A DNA stretch of 64,000 nt from Centroscyllium fabricii (lineage: Eukaryota). Made by a program: the position numbers and the translations under genes. Each line of letters begins with the position of its first letter. Position 1 is the stretch's first letter. Shown here piece by piece: positions 24,583 to 37,090 of the stretch. The stretch covers positions 439,890,001-439,954,000 of the forward strand of contig JBNRSN020000003.1 in the NCBI GenBank assembly GCA_051313645.2, read 5' to 3'. Under the pieces are notes generated by a model. It worked only from the letters and a program-made list of their open reading frames with translations, did no database searches and had not been told where the DNA came from.

Positions 24583-26149
24583 TTGTTAAACAGTGCAAAT
24601 CAACTGTTCTGAAAAAAGGTCTTCGACCTGAAACGTCAACTATGTTTCTCTCCACCGTTGCTGCCTGGCCTGTTGAGTTTCTCCAGCGTTTTCTGTTGTT
24701 ATTTCGGATTTCCAGCATCCGCAGTATTTTGCGATCGTATATAGTGCAAATCAACTGTTTATCCAGAATGGATTTAACATACAAAGATCTCAGCAACAGT
24801 ATTCCATATCTCACAAAGTAGATCTACATCAGATTAATGAATATTAAATCATTTATAATTTGCCTCATACTCTATTCTATTAGATCTAGGCCATTATTAA
24901 AGAAGTTATTTCCATTGCTGATCTCAATCAGGGTGGGAGTGCTATAATTGGCCTCAATGATCCTGGCTTAGGAAGGGGATAAACAGACATTCTGTGACCC
25001 CCTGATGGAAAGCCATGTATGCTGACACAAGCAAGAATAGGGTCAGGCTTGGATGTTATACCCCCCACCCCCCGGCCTAGGTTGAATAACTAGAGTCAAC
25101 ATCTTTAGAGAACAAAAAAAATCATTGTCGCATCGATGGTGCAAGTCAATGTCCTGCACTATAGCACAGGAGAAATGGGTTCAAATCTCAGGTTCAGTTA
25201 CATTTGCACTTCAACTTCACCCAATGAACTGCCGATTTCAGACAAACTGTCAGGTAAAGCAGTGAGTGGCAGCAAAATGCTTAGTCAAGCAAGGAAGGGG
25301 AAGAACATAGATAATACGGCAGGGGTTCCACTAGGGAAAGAGCAGTACTGCCCTACAAGCTTTCAAGGCTGCAGTATTAATGAAGGTATAGTGGTTAATC
25401 ACTATCCTCTCAGCCATGCGCCTGGTCCAGAGAATGCCATTAAGGAAGCACAGATTGAAGCAACTATTTGAGTAATATCTTTTTTTCTTATATTCCATAA
25501 TTTTTATCATTTTAGTTGGTACATTTATTGTTGTATCCAGAATACACAGCAAAGCAAAACAACCATTTCTAAAATGTCTGTTGACAACTAATACAAATGG
25601 CACCAGTTTTGAAAACATAACCTAACAGGCATTGCTTATACCCAGTTTACTTTTGTAATAGATATTTTACACAACAGGCTGGAGGAATTGACATTCCTGG
25701 TCCAAAACTTAAAACTTGCAGTCACCTGCACCAAGTTTGTTTCACAGATCTTTCAAAGCTAATCACCAGCAAGAATTCTTTCAACACATATAATATTATA
25801 CCTGTAGTGGAATTCTCCAAATAAATAAAAGTGCTGCAATAAGATAGCTCCGTCTGCAAATCAAAAATGTTCACACTAATAAATTAGCGACCCCTTTATC
25901 CAGTACAATGCCAATACTGCAGTGACTCCATCACATTTTTGAGGGATCTAGGAAACCAGGAATGGTAGATTTTTTATTTGTTCTTGGGATTTGGTGGACA
26001 TGGACAGTAATTATTAGCCACCCCCAAGTACCCTAAAGGCATTAAGATTCAATCACAGCATGGTGCTGGAGTCATACGTGGGCGAGACCAGACAGCAATG
26101 GCAGGTTCCCTTCCTCATTGTTATCTCTCTCTATATATGCTATGTTTAA

Positions 26150-26367
26150 ATGAAACACTTAAAATATGTTAATAAGCCTTTGTGTGTCTATCTCTGCTGA
26201 GGTGAGATGTGGGAGATATCGGATTTCTCCCATCGTCCCATATGTGCGTTCTTTAAGTCAGTCTCTCTCTTTCACCGGACGAAGGGGCAAAAGCTCCGAA
26301 AGCTTGTGATTTAAAATAAAACTGTTGGACTATAATCTGGTGTTGTGTGACTTCTCGCATTTGTCCC
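26150..26367 (+). mobile_element. Penelope-derived terminal repeat with mutated hammerhead core (CGGACGA)
   Basis: Homologous to 61990-62240. Confidence 0.65.
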
Positions 26368-26539
26368 TGAAGAACATTAACAAACCAGTTGGATTTTAAC
26401 AACAAATTGGCAGCTTTTCACTCATTTCTTTCTGGTGCCAGTTCACAAAGTACCAGATTTATTGAATTCCATTTCACAACTTCCGCATCCACGCTAAAAG
26501 AAACAAGGGTAGAGATAGCAAAGGTGCGATTATATTATC

Positions 26540-26843
26540 AAAGCCTCCTTGAAAAAGTGCAACATCCCCACCGACACCTGGGAATCCCTGGCCCAAGACT
26601 GTCCAAAGTGGAGGGGAAGCATCCGGGAAGGCGCCGAACACCTCGAGTCTCTTCGCCGGGAGCAAGCGGAAGCCAAGCGCAGGCAGCGCAAGGAGCGCAC
26701 GTCAACCCAAGCACCCCACCCACCCGCCCCTTCAACCACCATCTGCCCCACCTGTGAGAGACTGTAGGTCCCGCATTGGACTCATCAGTCACCGGAGAAC
26801 TCATTTTTAATCCTCGGTTCAGAGGGACTGCCTAAGAAGAAGA
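26540..26843 (+). mobile_element. RTE (BovB-like) LINE 3' end
   Basis: KASLKKCNIPTDTWESLAQD.PKWR...CPTC...SRIGLISH, with an (AAG)n tail. Confidence 0.8.
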
Positions 26844-26884
26844 CTATTACATAAATATATTTAAAAAATCATTCAAAAAAAGAG

Positions 26885-29225
26885 AGTAGTGCCAGGAGAC
26901 TGGCAGACAGTGAATGTTATTCCTCTATTTAAAAAGGGATACAGAACAAGTCCAGGGAACTATACACTAATTAGCATAACGACAGTGGTAAGAAAGATAA
27001 TGCAATCTTTTCTCAAAGATGTAATAGAAAAACATCTAGAGACCAAAAATGGAATAAAGACTAGTCAGCACGGATTCCAGAAAAGAAAGTCATGCCTGAC
27101 CAACCTTATTGAATTTTTTGAGGGAGTAACAGAAAGAGTAGATAAAGGTAATGCAATAGATGTAACATACATGGATTTTCAAAGGGCCTTTGATAAGGTA
27201 GATAGCAGACTCATGACAAGTCAGAGCATATGGAGTCAAGGGACAAGTAGCAGAATGGATAGCAAGCTGGCTACAATACAGAAAGTAGTGTTTAAAGGTA
27301 CTCAGACTGGCGTGAGGTGGGAGGTGCTGTTCCACAAGGATCGGTGCTGGGACCACTGCTGTTCACCAATTACATAAACGATTTGGACTTGGGAATCGGA
27401 ATCACAATTTCAAAATTTGCAGATGGCACAAAATTGAGGGGTATAGCCTTTCCACCATCTACAACAGTGGTCCCCAACCGCCGGTCCGCGGGACAGTTTT
27501 ACCAGTCCGCGGAAGGTTCTGTGAATCGGCGCATGCGCAGATCAATTGCCGACAGGCCGCGGCAGGGTCTGTGAATCGGCACAGACGGAAGACAGCACCC
27601 CCGCCGGTCAGTCAAAAAAACTCCGCCAGCACTCCCCCCCCGGTCAGTCAAAAAATCTCCGCCAGCACCCCGCTACCCCCGGTCCGCGAAAAAATTGACA
27701 AGCCCAAAATGGGCCGCCGTCGCAAAAAGGTTGGGGACCCCTGATCTACAAGGCACAAGCAAGGAGTGTGATGGAATATTCCCCACTTGCCTGGATGAGT
27801 GCAGCTCCAACAACGCTCGAGAAGCTCAACATCACCCAGGACAAAGCAGGCCGCTTGATTGGCACCCCATTCACCACCTTAAACATTCACTCCTTCCACC
27901 ACCGGCGCACCGTGGCTGCAGTGTGTACCATCTACAAGATGCACTGCAGCAACGCGTCAAGGCTTCTTTGGCAAAACCTCCCATGACCTCTACCAGCTAG
28001 AAGGGCAAGGGAAGCAGGCGCATGGGAACACCACCGCCTCCATGTCACACACCATCCTGACTTGAGAGTATGTCTTGGAAGACAATAAAATTGAATTGAA
28101 TCGAATCACTGTTTCAAAATCCTGGAACTCCTTCCCAAACAGCACTGTGGGAGCACCTTCACCACACGGACTGCAGCAGTTCAAGAAGGCGGCTCACCAC
28201 CACCTTCTCAAGGGCAATTAGGGATGGGCAATAAATGCTGGCCTTGCCAGTGACGCAGAAATCCCATGAACGAATAAAAAAAAGTTAGTACTTTGAAGAC
28301 TGTGACAAAATAAAAGAAGTCATTAATGAACTTGAAGAATGGGTGTGTAAATAGTAAATGAATTTCAATATAGACAAGTGTGATGTGGTACATTTTGGTT
28401 GGAGGAATAAGGAGGCTACATACTCCTTGGAAAATAAGAGTCTAAATGGGGTCGAGGCGCAAAGGGATCGGGGGGGTACAGATTCCCAAATCATTAAAAG
28501 TTGCAATGCAGGTTAACAAGGCCAAAAAATTCAAATAAAGCACCAGAATTCACTAACAGAAGAATAAAATTGAAGAGCAGAGAAGTTATGTTAAACATAT
28601 ACAGGACCCTGGCTAGACCCCACTTATACTGTGCACAATTCTGATCACCATGTCATGAAAAGGATATAGAGGCATTGGTGAAGGTGCAAAATGGATTTCC
28701 AATAATGATACCAGAATTGAGAGGTTATAACTATCAGGGTTGAACAGGCTGAGACTCTTTTCTCTGGAAACTAGTAGGCTAAGGGGCGACATATTAGAGG
28801 TCTTTAAAATTAGGAAGAGGTGCGATAGGGTAGATGTAAAGAGGTTTCCACTTATTGGGGGGTCCAAAACTAGGGGTCCAAAGATGTGCGGGTTAGGTTG
28901 ATTGGCCAGGATAAATTGACCCTTAGTGTTAGGGGGATTGAATATGTGGGGTTACGGGGATAGGGTGGGATATGTGTCAGTGCAGGCTCGAAAGGGATCG
29001 AGGGATATGGGGAGAGGGCAGGGGTGGGGTACTGGGTTTGGATGATCAGCCGTGATCTCATTGAATGGCAGAGCAGGCTCGAAGGGCCGAATGGCCTACT
29101 CCTACTCCTAGTTTCTATGTTTTGGGGTTATAAACACAGTCAGTAAAAAATCCAATAAGGAATTCAGGAAAAATGCCTTTACCCAGGAAGTGGTTAGAAT
29201 GTGGAACTTGCTACCATATGGAGTA
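26885..29225 (+). mobile_element. Degenerate CR1 with nested LINE (about 27445-28285), hAT MITE and truncated V-SINE (about 28877-29121)
   Basis: RT motifs occur in ORFs 26889-27377 and 27317-27574, and the CR1 resumes after 28290. Confidence 0.75.
27465..27743. mobile_element. hAT MITE
   Basis: TIRs CAGTGGTCCCCAACC / GGTTGGGGACCCCTG and 8-bp TSD ATCTACAA. Confidence 0.92.
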
Positions 29226-29229
29226 CTCT

Positions 29230-29640
29230 GCTGTCCATATCCAAATTCGCATCAGGTCCTGTTCACCCATCACCCTTCTGTTCACTGACCTACACTGCTC
29301 TGGGAACACCTCGATTTAAAAATTCTCATCCTTCTTTTCAAATCCCTCCAAGGCCTCGCCCCTCCCCATCTTTGTAACCTCCTCCAGCACTACAAACCTC
29401 ACAGATCTCTGCGCTCCTCCACCTCTGGGCTCTTGCCCATCCCCGATTTCCTTCGCTCCACCATTGGCGGCCGTGCCTTTAGCTGCCCGGTTCCTGGGCT
29501 CTGGAATTCACTCCCTAAACCGCTCTGCCTCTCATCCCTCCTTCAAGACGCTCCTTAAAACCTGCCTTAATTGTCAGTTGACAGCACTCCTGTGGAGCAC
29601 CTTGGGAAATGCGCTACATAAATAAAAGTTGTTGTTGAGG
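29230..29640 (+). mobile_element. L2-type LINE 3' end
   Basis: GGRAF...P.LWNSLP-like remnant followed by GCGCTACATAAATAAAAGTTGTTGTTG. Similar tails occur at about 8000-8195 and 18830-19160. Confidence 0.65.
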
Positions 29641-29659
29641 CGAATAGCAGAGATGCATT

Positions 29660-30870
29660 GAGGGAACCACCGACCAATTATCATAGACGGGACACCGGTG
29701 GAAGTCGTCAGTTGCTTCCGATTCCTGGGTCTGCAGATCTCCGATGACCTGACCTGGAACTACAACACTGAGGCAATGCTGAAGAAGGCACACCAGCGCC
29801 TCTACCCTCTACGGTGCCTGAGGAAATGCGGCATAAGCACACTTGTGAACTTTTACCACGGCACCATAGAGAGCGTCCTGACGGGTGGCATCACTGTGTG
29901 GTATGGTAACACCACTGCACAGGACAGGAAAGCCATCCAGAGGGTCGTGAGGTATAGAAGTATAGTTCTATACTTACAACTAGGGGGATCAGGGGATATG
30001 GCGAGAAAGCAGGAACGGGGTACTGATGTAGCATGTTCAGCCATGAACGTATTGAATGGCGGTGCAGGCTTGAAGGGCCGAATGGTCTACTCCTGCACCT
30101 ATTTTCTATGTTTCTAGGACGGCAGAAAAGATCGGGTGTGCACTTCCGTCTATCGAGGAGATCATCCAGACCAGGTGTCAGAACAAGGCCCGCGCCATCA
30201 TCCAGGACCCCAATCACCCGGCACGGTGGCATAGTGGTTAGCACTGTTGCCTTACAGCACTAGAGACCGGTTCAAATCCAGCCTCGGGTACTATCTGTGT
30301 GGAGTTTGCACATTCTCCCCGTGTCTGCGCGGGTTTCCTCCGGGTGCTCCGGTTTCCTCCCACAGTCCAAAGATGTGCGGGTTAGGTTGATTGGCCATGA
30401 TAAATTGACGCTTAGTGTTAGGGGGATTGAATGTGTGGGGTTACGGGGATAGGGTGTCGGTGCAGGCTCGATGGGGATCGCGGGATATGGGGACAAGGCA
30501 GGGACGGGGTACTGGGTTTGGATGATCAGCCATGATCTCATTGGATGGCAGAGCAGGCTCGAAGGGCCGAATGGCCTACTCTGCTCCTATCTTCTATGTT
30601 TCTATGTTTCACCCTGGGCACGATCTGTTCTCCCTCCTGCGGTCCGGCTGTCGGTACCGCAGCATCCGAACAAGGACCAGCAGGTTCAAGAACAGTTTCT
30701 ACCCACAGGCAGTGCGCCTACTGAACTGCTAACCGCAATTGTTTGCTTATTTGTTTATTTGCTGCTTATTTTTTATATTTATACTTGTTTTTACTTTTGC
30801 TTTTTATACTTATATTGTGGGAGTGACTGGGGAGTAAGCATTCCAGTTACATATGGCAATAAAATAATCT
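29660..30870 (+). mobile_element. Rex1/Babar LINE fragment with nested CR1 tail and V-SINE (30218-30610)
   Basis: FRFLGLQISDDLTW...KKAHQRLY...WYGN, then SFYPQAVRLLN after the SINE. Confidence 0.85.
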
Positions 30871-31966
30871 TGAATTTAAGGGAAAGTTACATGAGGGAGA
30901 AAGGAATAGAAAGATATGCGGATAGGATGAGATGAAGTTGGATGGAAGGAAGCTCCTCGGGAGCATAAACAGACCAGCTGGGCGGAATGTCCTGTTTCTG
31001 TGCTGTAAATTGCCATAGTGGAATTTGAACTACGACCTCTAGGTTGCGAGTCAAGTATAACCGCTAGGTTGCATAAACAAAATCTAGTTTGGGGTTTATA
31101 TATGCATGCTTTTCCTGTGTGAAAAGATCAAAGTCAGATCAGCTGTCATCTCATTTGTTACACAATTCCCTACTGCCTAACGCCACACAGCATCTAAATA
31201 TTTCACATTTTTCCAGACATTCCTCACGTCCAAACTGGAGGATTTGTGGAGAATACTTTTGGCGTCTGCCTTTTCTTACCCAGGCTTTAAATCTCTCACC
31301 AGACACTGAACATTCCGCTTTCAAACACACCTATCTGACCAAATCATTACCAGAACCGCGTCAATAAACAGATCGCAAAAAACAAACCAGTGCGTTTACG
31401 AAATGTCCGATTACTGTCGATTAAAATTCTAGTAGAAGGCTTACCAAGTACTGCAATTAAGTGTTCCACGAAATCAAAAATCAAGTTGGTTTTAAATCAA
31501 AACATCTAAGACGATTCATAAGGACACAAGCCCTGAAAATAATCCCCAAATTCTAGCGCTATTACCTAAATGTTGAAAGGGATCCATTCACACTTCCTGC
31601 TATTTTGAATTGGCCCATTTACAGTTCCTCTTCAACGTCGTGATTTTTTTTTTAAACGAAAGCATTTGTCCAAAAGACACGCCAACTGCATAATTCATTG
31701 TAGTCCTCCAGAGCAAATTTAAACATGCAAAAAAAAATCAGCAACTTAACTATTTATTCATGTCTTGCCAAATGCAGGAACTTGGCTTTTCAAAATTGAG
31801 GGGAAAAAAATCTTTTGTGCCTGATTTTAGCAGAGTGCTTGCTACAATGATCATTTCTGCAAAGAGGCGAGCATGATATTGCGAGAACCTTAAATGAAAT
31901 AGACAGATATTAAAATTAATAGAGAGATATTTGGTGGTCAAACAATGTGCACATTTTCAGACTTAC

Positions 31967-32144
31967 CGATGCCATAGGCTTTGGAAAAGATCCAGGCCAG
32001 ATTGGCGGCGATTTTGGCCCTGGATGAATCGTAAAGCTCCAGAGGGGCAATCTCCGCGCAGTCAGAGTCACTGGGCTCCAGCATCCTCCTGCCGCCGCCA
32101 CCCTCTCCAGATACACCGCAGCCACTAAAATCCACATCCACCAT
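31967..32144 (-). CDS. CAMSAP1: First coding exon of calmodulin-regulated spectrin-associated protein 1
   Basis: MVDVDFSG...EIAPLELYDSSRAKIAANLAWIFSKAYGI matches the CAMSAP1 N-terminus (human ...LVPLDRYDAARAKIAANLQWICAKAYG). It ends at a canonical phase-1 donor G|GTAAGT at 31966 and sits next to a CpG island. No exon 2 was recognised in 1-31966. Confidence 0.9.
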
Positions 32145-32259
32145 CTCCAAAAATAAAGGTGCTAAAAAAACAGAGAACCGAATATCCACCCACCCCCCTC
32201 CTCTCTCCCACCCCAAGAAAAATAAAATATCCACGGAGATGTTCTTGCCACAGAAAAAG

Positions 32260-33135
32260 GTCCGTCTCCACCGCCACCATTCAGTAGAATCTCTCCAAAC
32301 GCCGCATTAATTTAACGATAGCATCAATTTAGCTCGACGGACGGACGCCTCCCCCTGGCAGGCGCGGCCTAGCACCGGGACACTCCAATGAATGGGAGTA
32401 AAATAAAAACCACTCGGTAAAATGGCCGGCTTTGCCAGCTCCCACCCCACCCGGGGATAGGAAGGTCCAGAGGACTAAAGTCACTCAGTCAGTCATGATG
32501 GCTGGGCTGGAGGCGCGTCCTTTGTGGCGCTGACAGCCCCCGCCGACTCTTGCTCCTTGCTTTCCGTCTCTCGCTGACAGGCGGCACCGCGGCGGCCGTT
32601 AGAAGTTCCCCTCCCCCTCCACCCAACTGCGCACGCGTCAACCGCCAAACTCGCCTCTACCGCGCGCACGCGCTTCGGCAGCCTACTGACGCGCGCCAAA
32701 CGATTGACTCTTTTCCCTATCCGCCCTTCAGTGCGCATGCGCGCCAACCGATTCATTTTTCCCTGTCCGTCAGTGCGCACGATTGATTTTTTCGCCCTTC
32801 AGTGCGCACGCGCGCCAATCGATTCATCCCCGTCCTTCAGTGCGCACGCCAATCGATTGATTTTTCCGCCCTTCGGTGCGCACGCGCGCGCCAACCGATT
32901 GTTTTTTTCTCTCTCGCCCTTCAGTGCGCACGCGTGCGACAACCGCTTGATTTCCCCCCCCCTTCGCCCTTCAGTGCGCACGCGTGCCAACCGATTGGTT
33001 TTGTCCCTTTTCGCCCCCCCGCCCCCAGTGCACACGCGCGCGCGCCAACCGACAGGCGCGTCCCCCCCGCCCTCCGCCTGACGTCGCTGTCTGCTCACGA
33101 GCGCGCGCCCGCCCCGTCACCAAGGAAACGGTGAC
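32260..33135 (-). promoter_or_regulatory. CpG-island promoter/5' region of CAMSAP1
   Basis: High GC and CpG density directly upstream of the exon, with NRF1-type GCGCAYGCGC motifs, a CRE-like TGACGTC (33079) and an X-box-like GTCACCAAGGAAAC (33116-33129). Confidence 0.8.
32690..33060. repeat. Degenerate ~40-50-bp tandem repeat, core CTTCAGTGCGCACGCGCGCCAACCGATT, about 8 copies
   Basis: Visible repeated units separated by pyrimidine spacers. Confidence 0.85.
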
Positions 33136-33611
33136 AGCTGTGGAGGGAGATTCAAATTGGAAAAGCTGGAGGGAACTTTCTCTTCTGAATATCTGCTGTT
33201 TTAACTTTTTTTAAACTTTCTATTTTTATATATATATTATATATATATATTTGTAGTTGATGGTGGCAGGGCAGGTTGAGAAAGCGGTTAAAAAAAGCAT
33301 AGGGAGGCATAGAGCACAAAAGCAAGGAAGTGATGATGAAACATGCTGATAGGGGAATAAGGGGTTACGGGGAGCGGGCAGGGAAGTGGACGTGAGTCTA
33401 AGTTCAGATCAGCCATGATCCTATTGAATGGCGGAGCAGGCCCGAGGGGCCGCATGGCCGACTCCTGCTCCTACTTCTTATTTTCTTATGGGTTAGGCCT
33501 TAGTTGGATTATTGTGTCCAATTCTGGGCCTTAGGAAGGATGCGAAGGCCTTCGGTGCAGAAAAGAGTTACAAGAATGGTTCCAGCGATGAGGAACTTCA
33601 GTTATGTGGAT

Positions 33612-35387
33612 ATAGAAACATAGAAGATAGGAGCAGGAGTCGGTCATTCGGCCCCGTGAGCCTGCTCCGCCATTCAATGCGATCATGGCTGATCATCCAA
33701 GTTCAGTACCCTGTCCATGCCTTCTCCCCATATCCCTGGATCGCTTTAGCCTTAAGAAATATATCCAACTCCTTCTTAAATATATTTAATTAATTGGCCT
33801 ATACGGCCTTCTGTGGTAGAGAATTCTACAGGTTCACCACTCTCTGGGTGAAGAAATTCCTCCTCATCCCTGTCCTAAATGGCTTACACCTTATCCTCAG
33901 ACTGTGACTCCTGGTTCTGGACTCCCCGGCCATCGGGAACATCCTTCCTGCATCTAGTCTGTCTAGTCCTTTTAGAATTTTATAAGTCTCAATGAGATCC
34001 CCTCTCATTCTTCTAAACTTCAGTGAGTACAAGCCCAATCGACCCAATCTCTCCTCATACGTTATTCCTGCCATAGAAACTAGGAGCAGGAGTAGGCCAT
34101 TCGGCCCTTCGAGCCTGCTCCGCCATTCAATGAGATCATGGCTGATCATCCAAACTCAGCACCCCGCCCCCGCCTTGTCCCCATATCCCCTGATCCACAT
34201 CGAGCCTGCATCGACACATATCCCACCCTATCCCCGTAACCCCACCTATTCAATCCCCCTAACACTAAGGGTCAATTTAGCATGGCCAATCAACCTAACC
34301 CGCACATCTTTGGATTGTGGGAGGAAACCGGAGCACCCGGAGGAAACCCACGCAGACACGGGGAGAATGTGCAAACTCCACACAGATAGTACCCGAGGCT
34401 GGATTTGAACCCGGGTCTCCAGTGCTGTGAGACAACAATGCTAACCACTGTGCCACCGTGCCGCCCCAGGTATCAGTCTGGTGAATCTTCGCTGCACTCC
34501 CTCCATGGCAAGAACATCCTTCCTCAGAAAGGCGACCAAAACTGCACACAGTACTCAAGATGTGGTCTCACCAAGGCCCTGTACAACTACAGCAAGACAT
34601 CCTTGTTCCTGTACTCAAACCCTCTCGCTACGAAGGCCAACATACCATTTGCCTTCTTAACCGCCTGCTGCACCTGCATGCTTACCTTCAGCGGCTGGTG
34701 CACAAGGATGCCCACAGGTCTCGTTGCCCTTCCCCTTTTCCCAATCTATTGCCATTCAGATAATAATCTGCCTTCCTGTTTTTGACACCAAAGTGGATAA
34801 CCTCGCATTTATCCATGTTATATTGCCATGCCTCTGTCCAATCACCCAACCTGTCCAAATCATACTGGAGTTTCCTCTGCATCCTCCTCACAGCACACAC
34901 GTCCACCCAGCTTTGTGTCATCTGCAAACTTGGAGATATTACATCTAGTTCCCTCGTCTAGATCATATATATATATTGTGAATAGCTGGGGTCCAAGGAC
35001 CGATCCCTGCGGTACCCCACTAGTCACTGCCTGCCACTCGGAAAAAGATCTGTTTATTCCAACTCTTTGCTTTCTGTCTGCCAACCAGTTCTCTATCCAA
35101 GTCAATACCTTGCCCCCAATCCCATGTGTCTTAGGTTTACATGCTAATCTCGTATGTGGGACCTTATCGAATGCCTTTTGAAAGTCCAAATACACCACAT
35201 CCACTGGTTCTCCCTTATCTATTTTACCAGTTACATCCTCAAAAAATTCCAGTAGATTAGTCAAGCATGATTTACCCTTTGTAAATCCATGATGACTTTG
35301 TCTGATCCGGTCACTGTTTTCCAAGTGCTCTGTTATTACATCTTTTATAATGGACTCTAGCATTTTCCCCACTACCAATGTCAGGCT
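33612..35387 (-). mobile_element. CR1 LINE that is the target of the LTR insertion (resumes at about 46192-46270), with nested V-SINE 34072-34467
   Basis: RT ORF 34860-35378. The CR1 sequence ...TGTCAGGCT|TACCAGTCTGTAATTCCCC is restored when the LTR element is removed. Confidence 0.88.
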
Positions 35388-37077
35388 TGTAAGGAGCGTG
35401 CGCCGTATATTTTATTGTACGACTTGGGGTCCGTTACTGCCTTGCGCTAGCAGTCCGATAGGCCTCGCGCAATAACCTCCTCCCCCGCGAGCGGTTCGAA
35501 TCGCTCACCCTTACGGTTCTAGACGTTGGACTTAGGTGCAGGAGAAGAGAGAGAGACGAGATGGATACCGATTGGACTCAGATTTAGACTCGAATAAAAG
35601 TTTGCAAAGTTGGAAGATTTTATTACACCACAGGATATATTTACAGCAGTTAGGTTGTATTTCATCAGAACGACACAGTATGATACACCAACAATTGTTT
35701 CCCAAACAGATATATATATATATATACATACACAGGTAACTTATAGGATGGGGAACGCACGGCACATCGTAAATCGGGCAATGACTCTATAAATACACCC
35801 CAAATAAACCACCCTTCCCTCTATTGCCTAGCTATGTCCAGGTGTGTAGGATCGAGGCACATGCTCACCACTCGGTAATACTCGGGGTCTGCTACGAAGT
35901 TCCTCGTTTCCTCGGCTGCAGCGTCGGTCGTCACGTGGCTGTGGAAGATTCGGGAGTCCACTTGTTGTCTTCTCCCTTTGGGCGGCGGTCGCTCCTGCTC
36001 GGGCTGGTCCCGGACGGGTTCCTCGAGGCTGCTCTATCTCCTCGCACCAACCGCACCGTCTCCCTGGCTGAACCGGACCCTGGGGTATGCCGATCCTGCC
36101 CTCTCAAGCCGAACTGTAACGGGCTGCTAGCCTACTTGCTTTCCCACTCTTCGAACGCTAGCTTAATCGCCGTGTTCAACAAGATGCTTCACTGATGGGG
36201 CCCAACAACCAACTACCTCACCAGCAATGGTTTTCCGATGCGATACTGCCCTGACCCAACTCGACCGCTCTGCCAGAACCTTCACCCTGCTTGCCCTGCA
36301 CCCAGAAAGCTGAACTGGAGTCTTCGAAACGGAGAGCCCACCCAAAGTTACTGCTAACGCTCAAAAGTTCTTTTCCGAGACCTCACCGCTTCAAGAGGTC
36401 GATTCCACGAGTCAAGAGAGAGAAATCCAAACCCCCCTCCTCCAGGGAGTCCGAGATGAAGAGAGATTTTCAAGAGAGACCTTTCCAAGAGCTAAAGAGC
36501 TAAGCGAGAGAGCGAATTGTAGAAATGTGCTGCCAGTTATACCCCAAATGTTGAATGCCTAATGTCTTTCCCATTAGGGCCGGTATTTGTGTTTGGGAAA
36601 CGGTTATTGCATCCTTTTGTCCAGCCAAGCCTGCTGGTAATAGTTTTGATGGTGGCTCTAACTTCTCCGGTTAGAGTCCCATTGTTTTCAAGGGTGCTAA
36701 TCACTTTATGCTCGAAGGGTATACAATTTCTGTAGCTGGCTAAACAGGCCAGCTGCTTCGTATTTGCAGCTGTTTTGGGTGCTTATTTAACTGGGTGCAT
36801 TTCTTTGTGGGGCTAAGCGGTTTCTGAGGGGCAGGCTACTTATTTACAGGTTTAACAGCGCCTTCATGTCTGGTTTCTTCGCGGGCTTTTCGAATTGAGT
36901 TTTGGTTTCATTTTACACTATGCCATGTGGTCCGGCGGCCATTTTGGAGGCCCCTTTTCTCTGATCAGGCCGCAGCCTGTCCTGTCTGCCATTGTACAAT
37001 AAAAAAACATGTATACTCCATCCCTTCGTTTCTGGTCTTTGTAAATCCGTTTTGACTTGGAATATTGCGACCTTACA
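35388..37077 (-). repeat. 3' LTR (1690 bp)
   Basis: Direct repeat of 44500-46191. By eye it differs by about 4 substitutions and one 2-bp indel at a (TA)n tract. Confidence 0.97.
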
Positions 37078-37090
37078 GTCCCTCCTGTTG
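37078..37090 (-). other. Polypurine tract
   Basis: The minus strand reads AACAGGAGGGAC immediately before the 3' LTR TGT. Confidence 0.65.

Noticed and set aside
24900-25470. Possible LF-SINE-like ancient repeats
   Set aside because: Only faint motif resemblance by eye; needs an HMM search before it can be called.
32145-32234. N-terminal extension of the 98-aa ORF 31938-32234 and its last 9 residues
   Set aside because: CAMSAP1 homology starts at the ATG at 32144 and ends at the GTAAGT donor; the rest is UTR or intron read-through.
35824-36195. 123-aa plus-strand ORF present in both LTRs
   Set aside because: It has a non-ATG start and no recognisable domain. Its conservation is explained by LTR identity.
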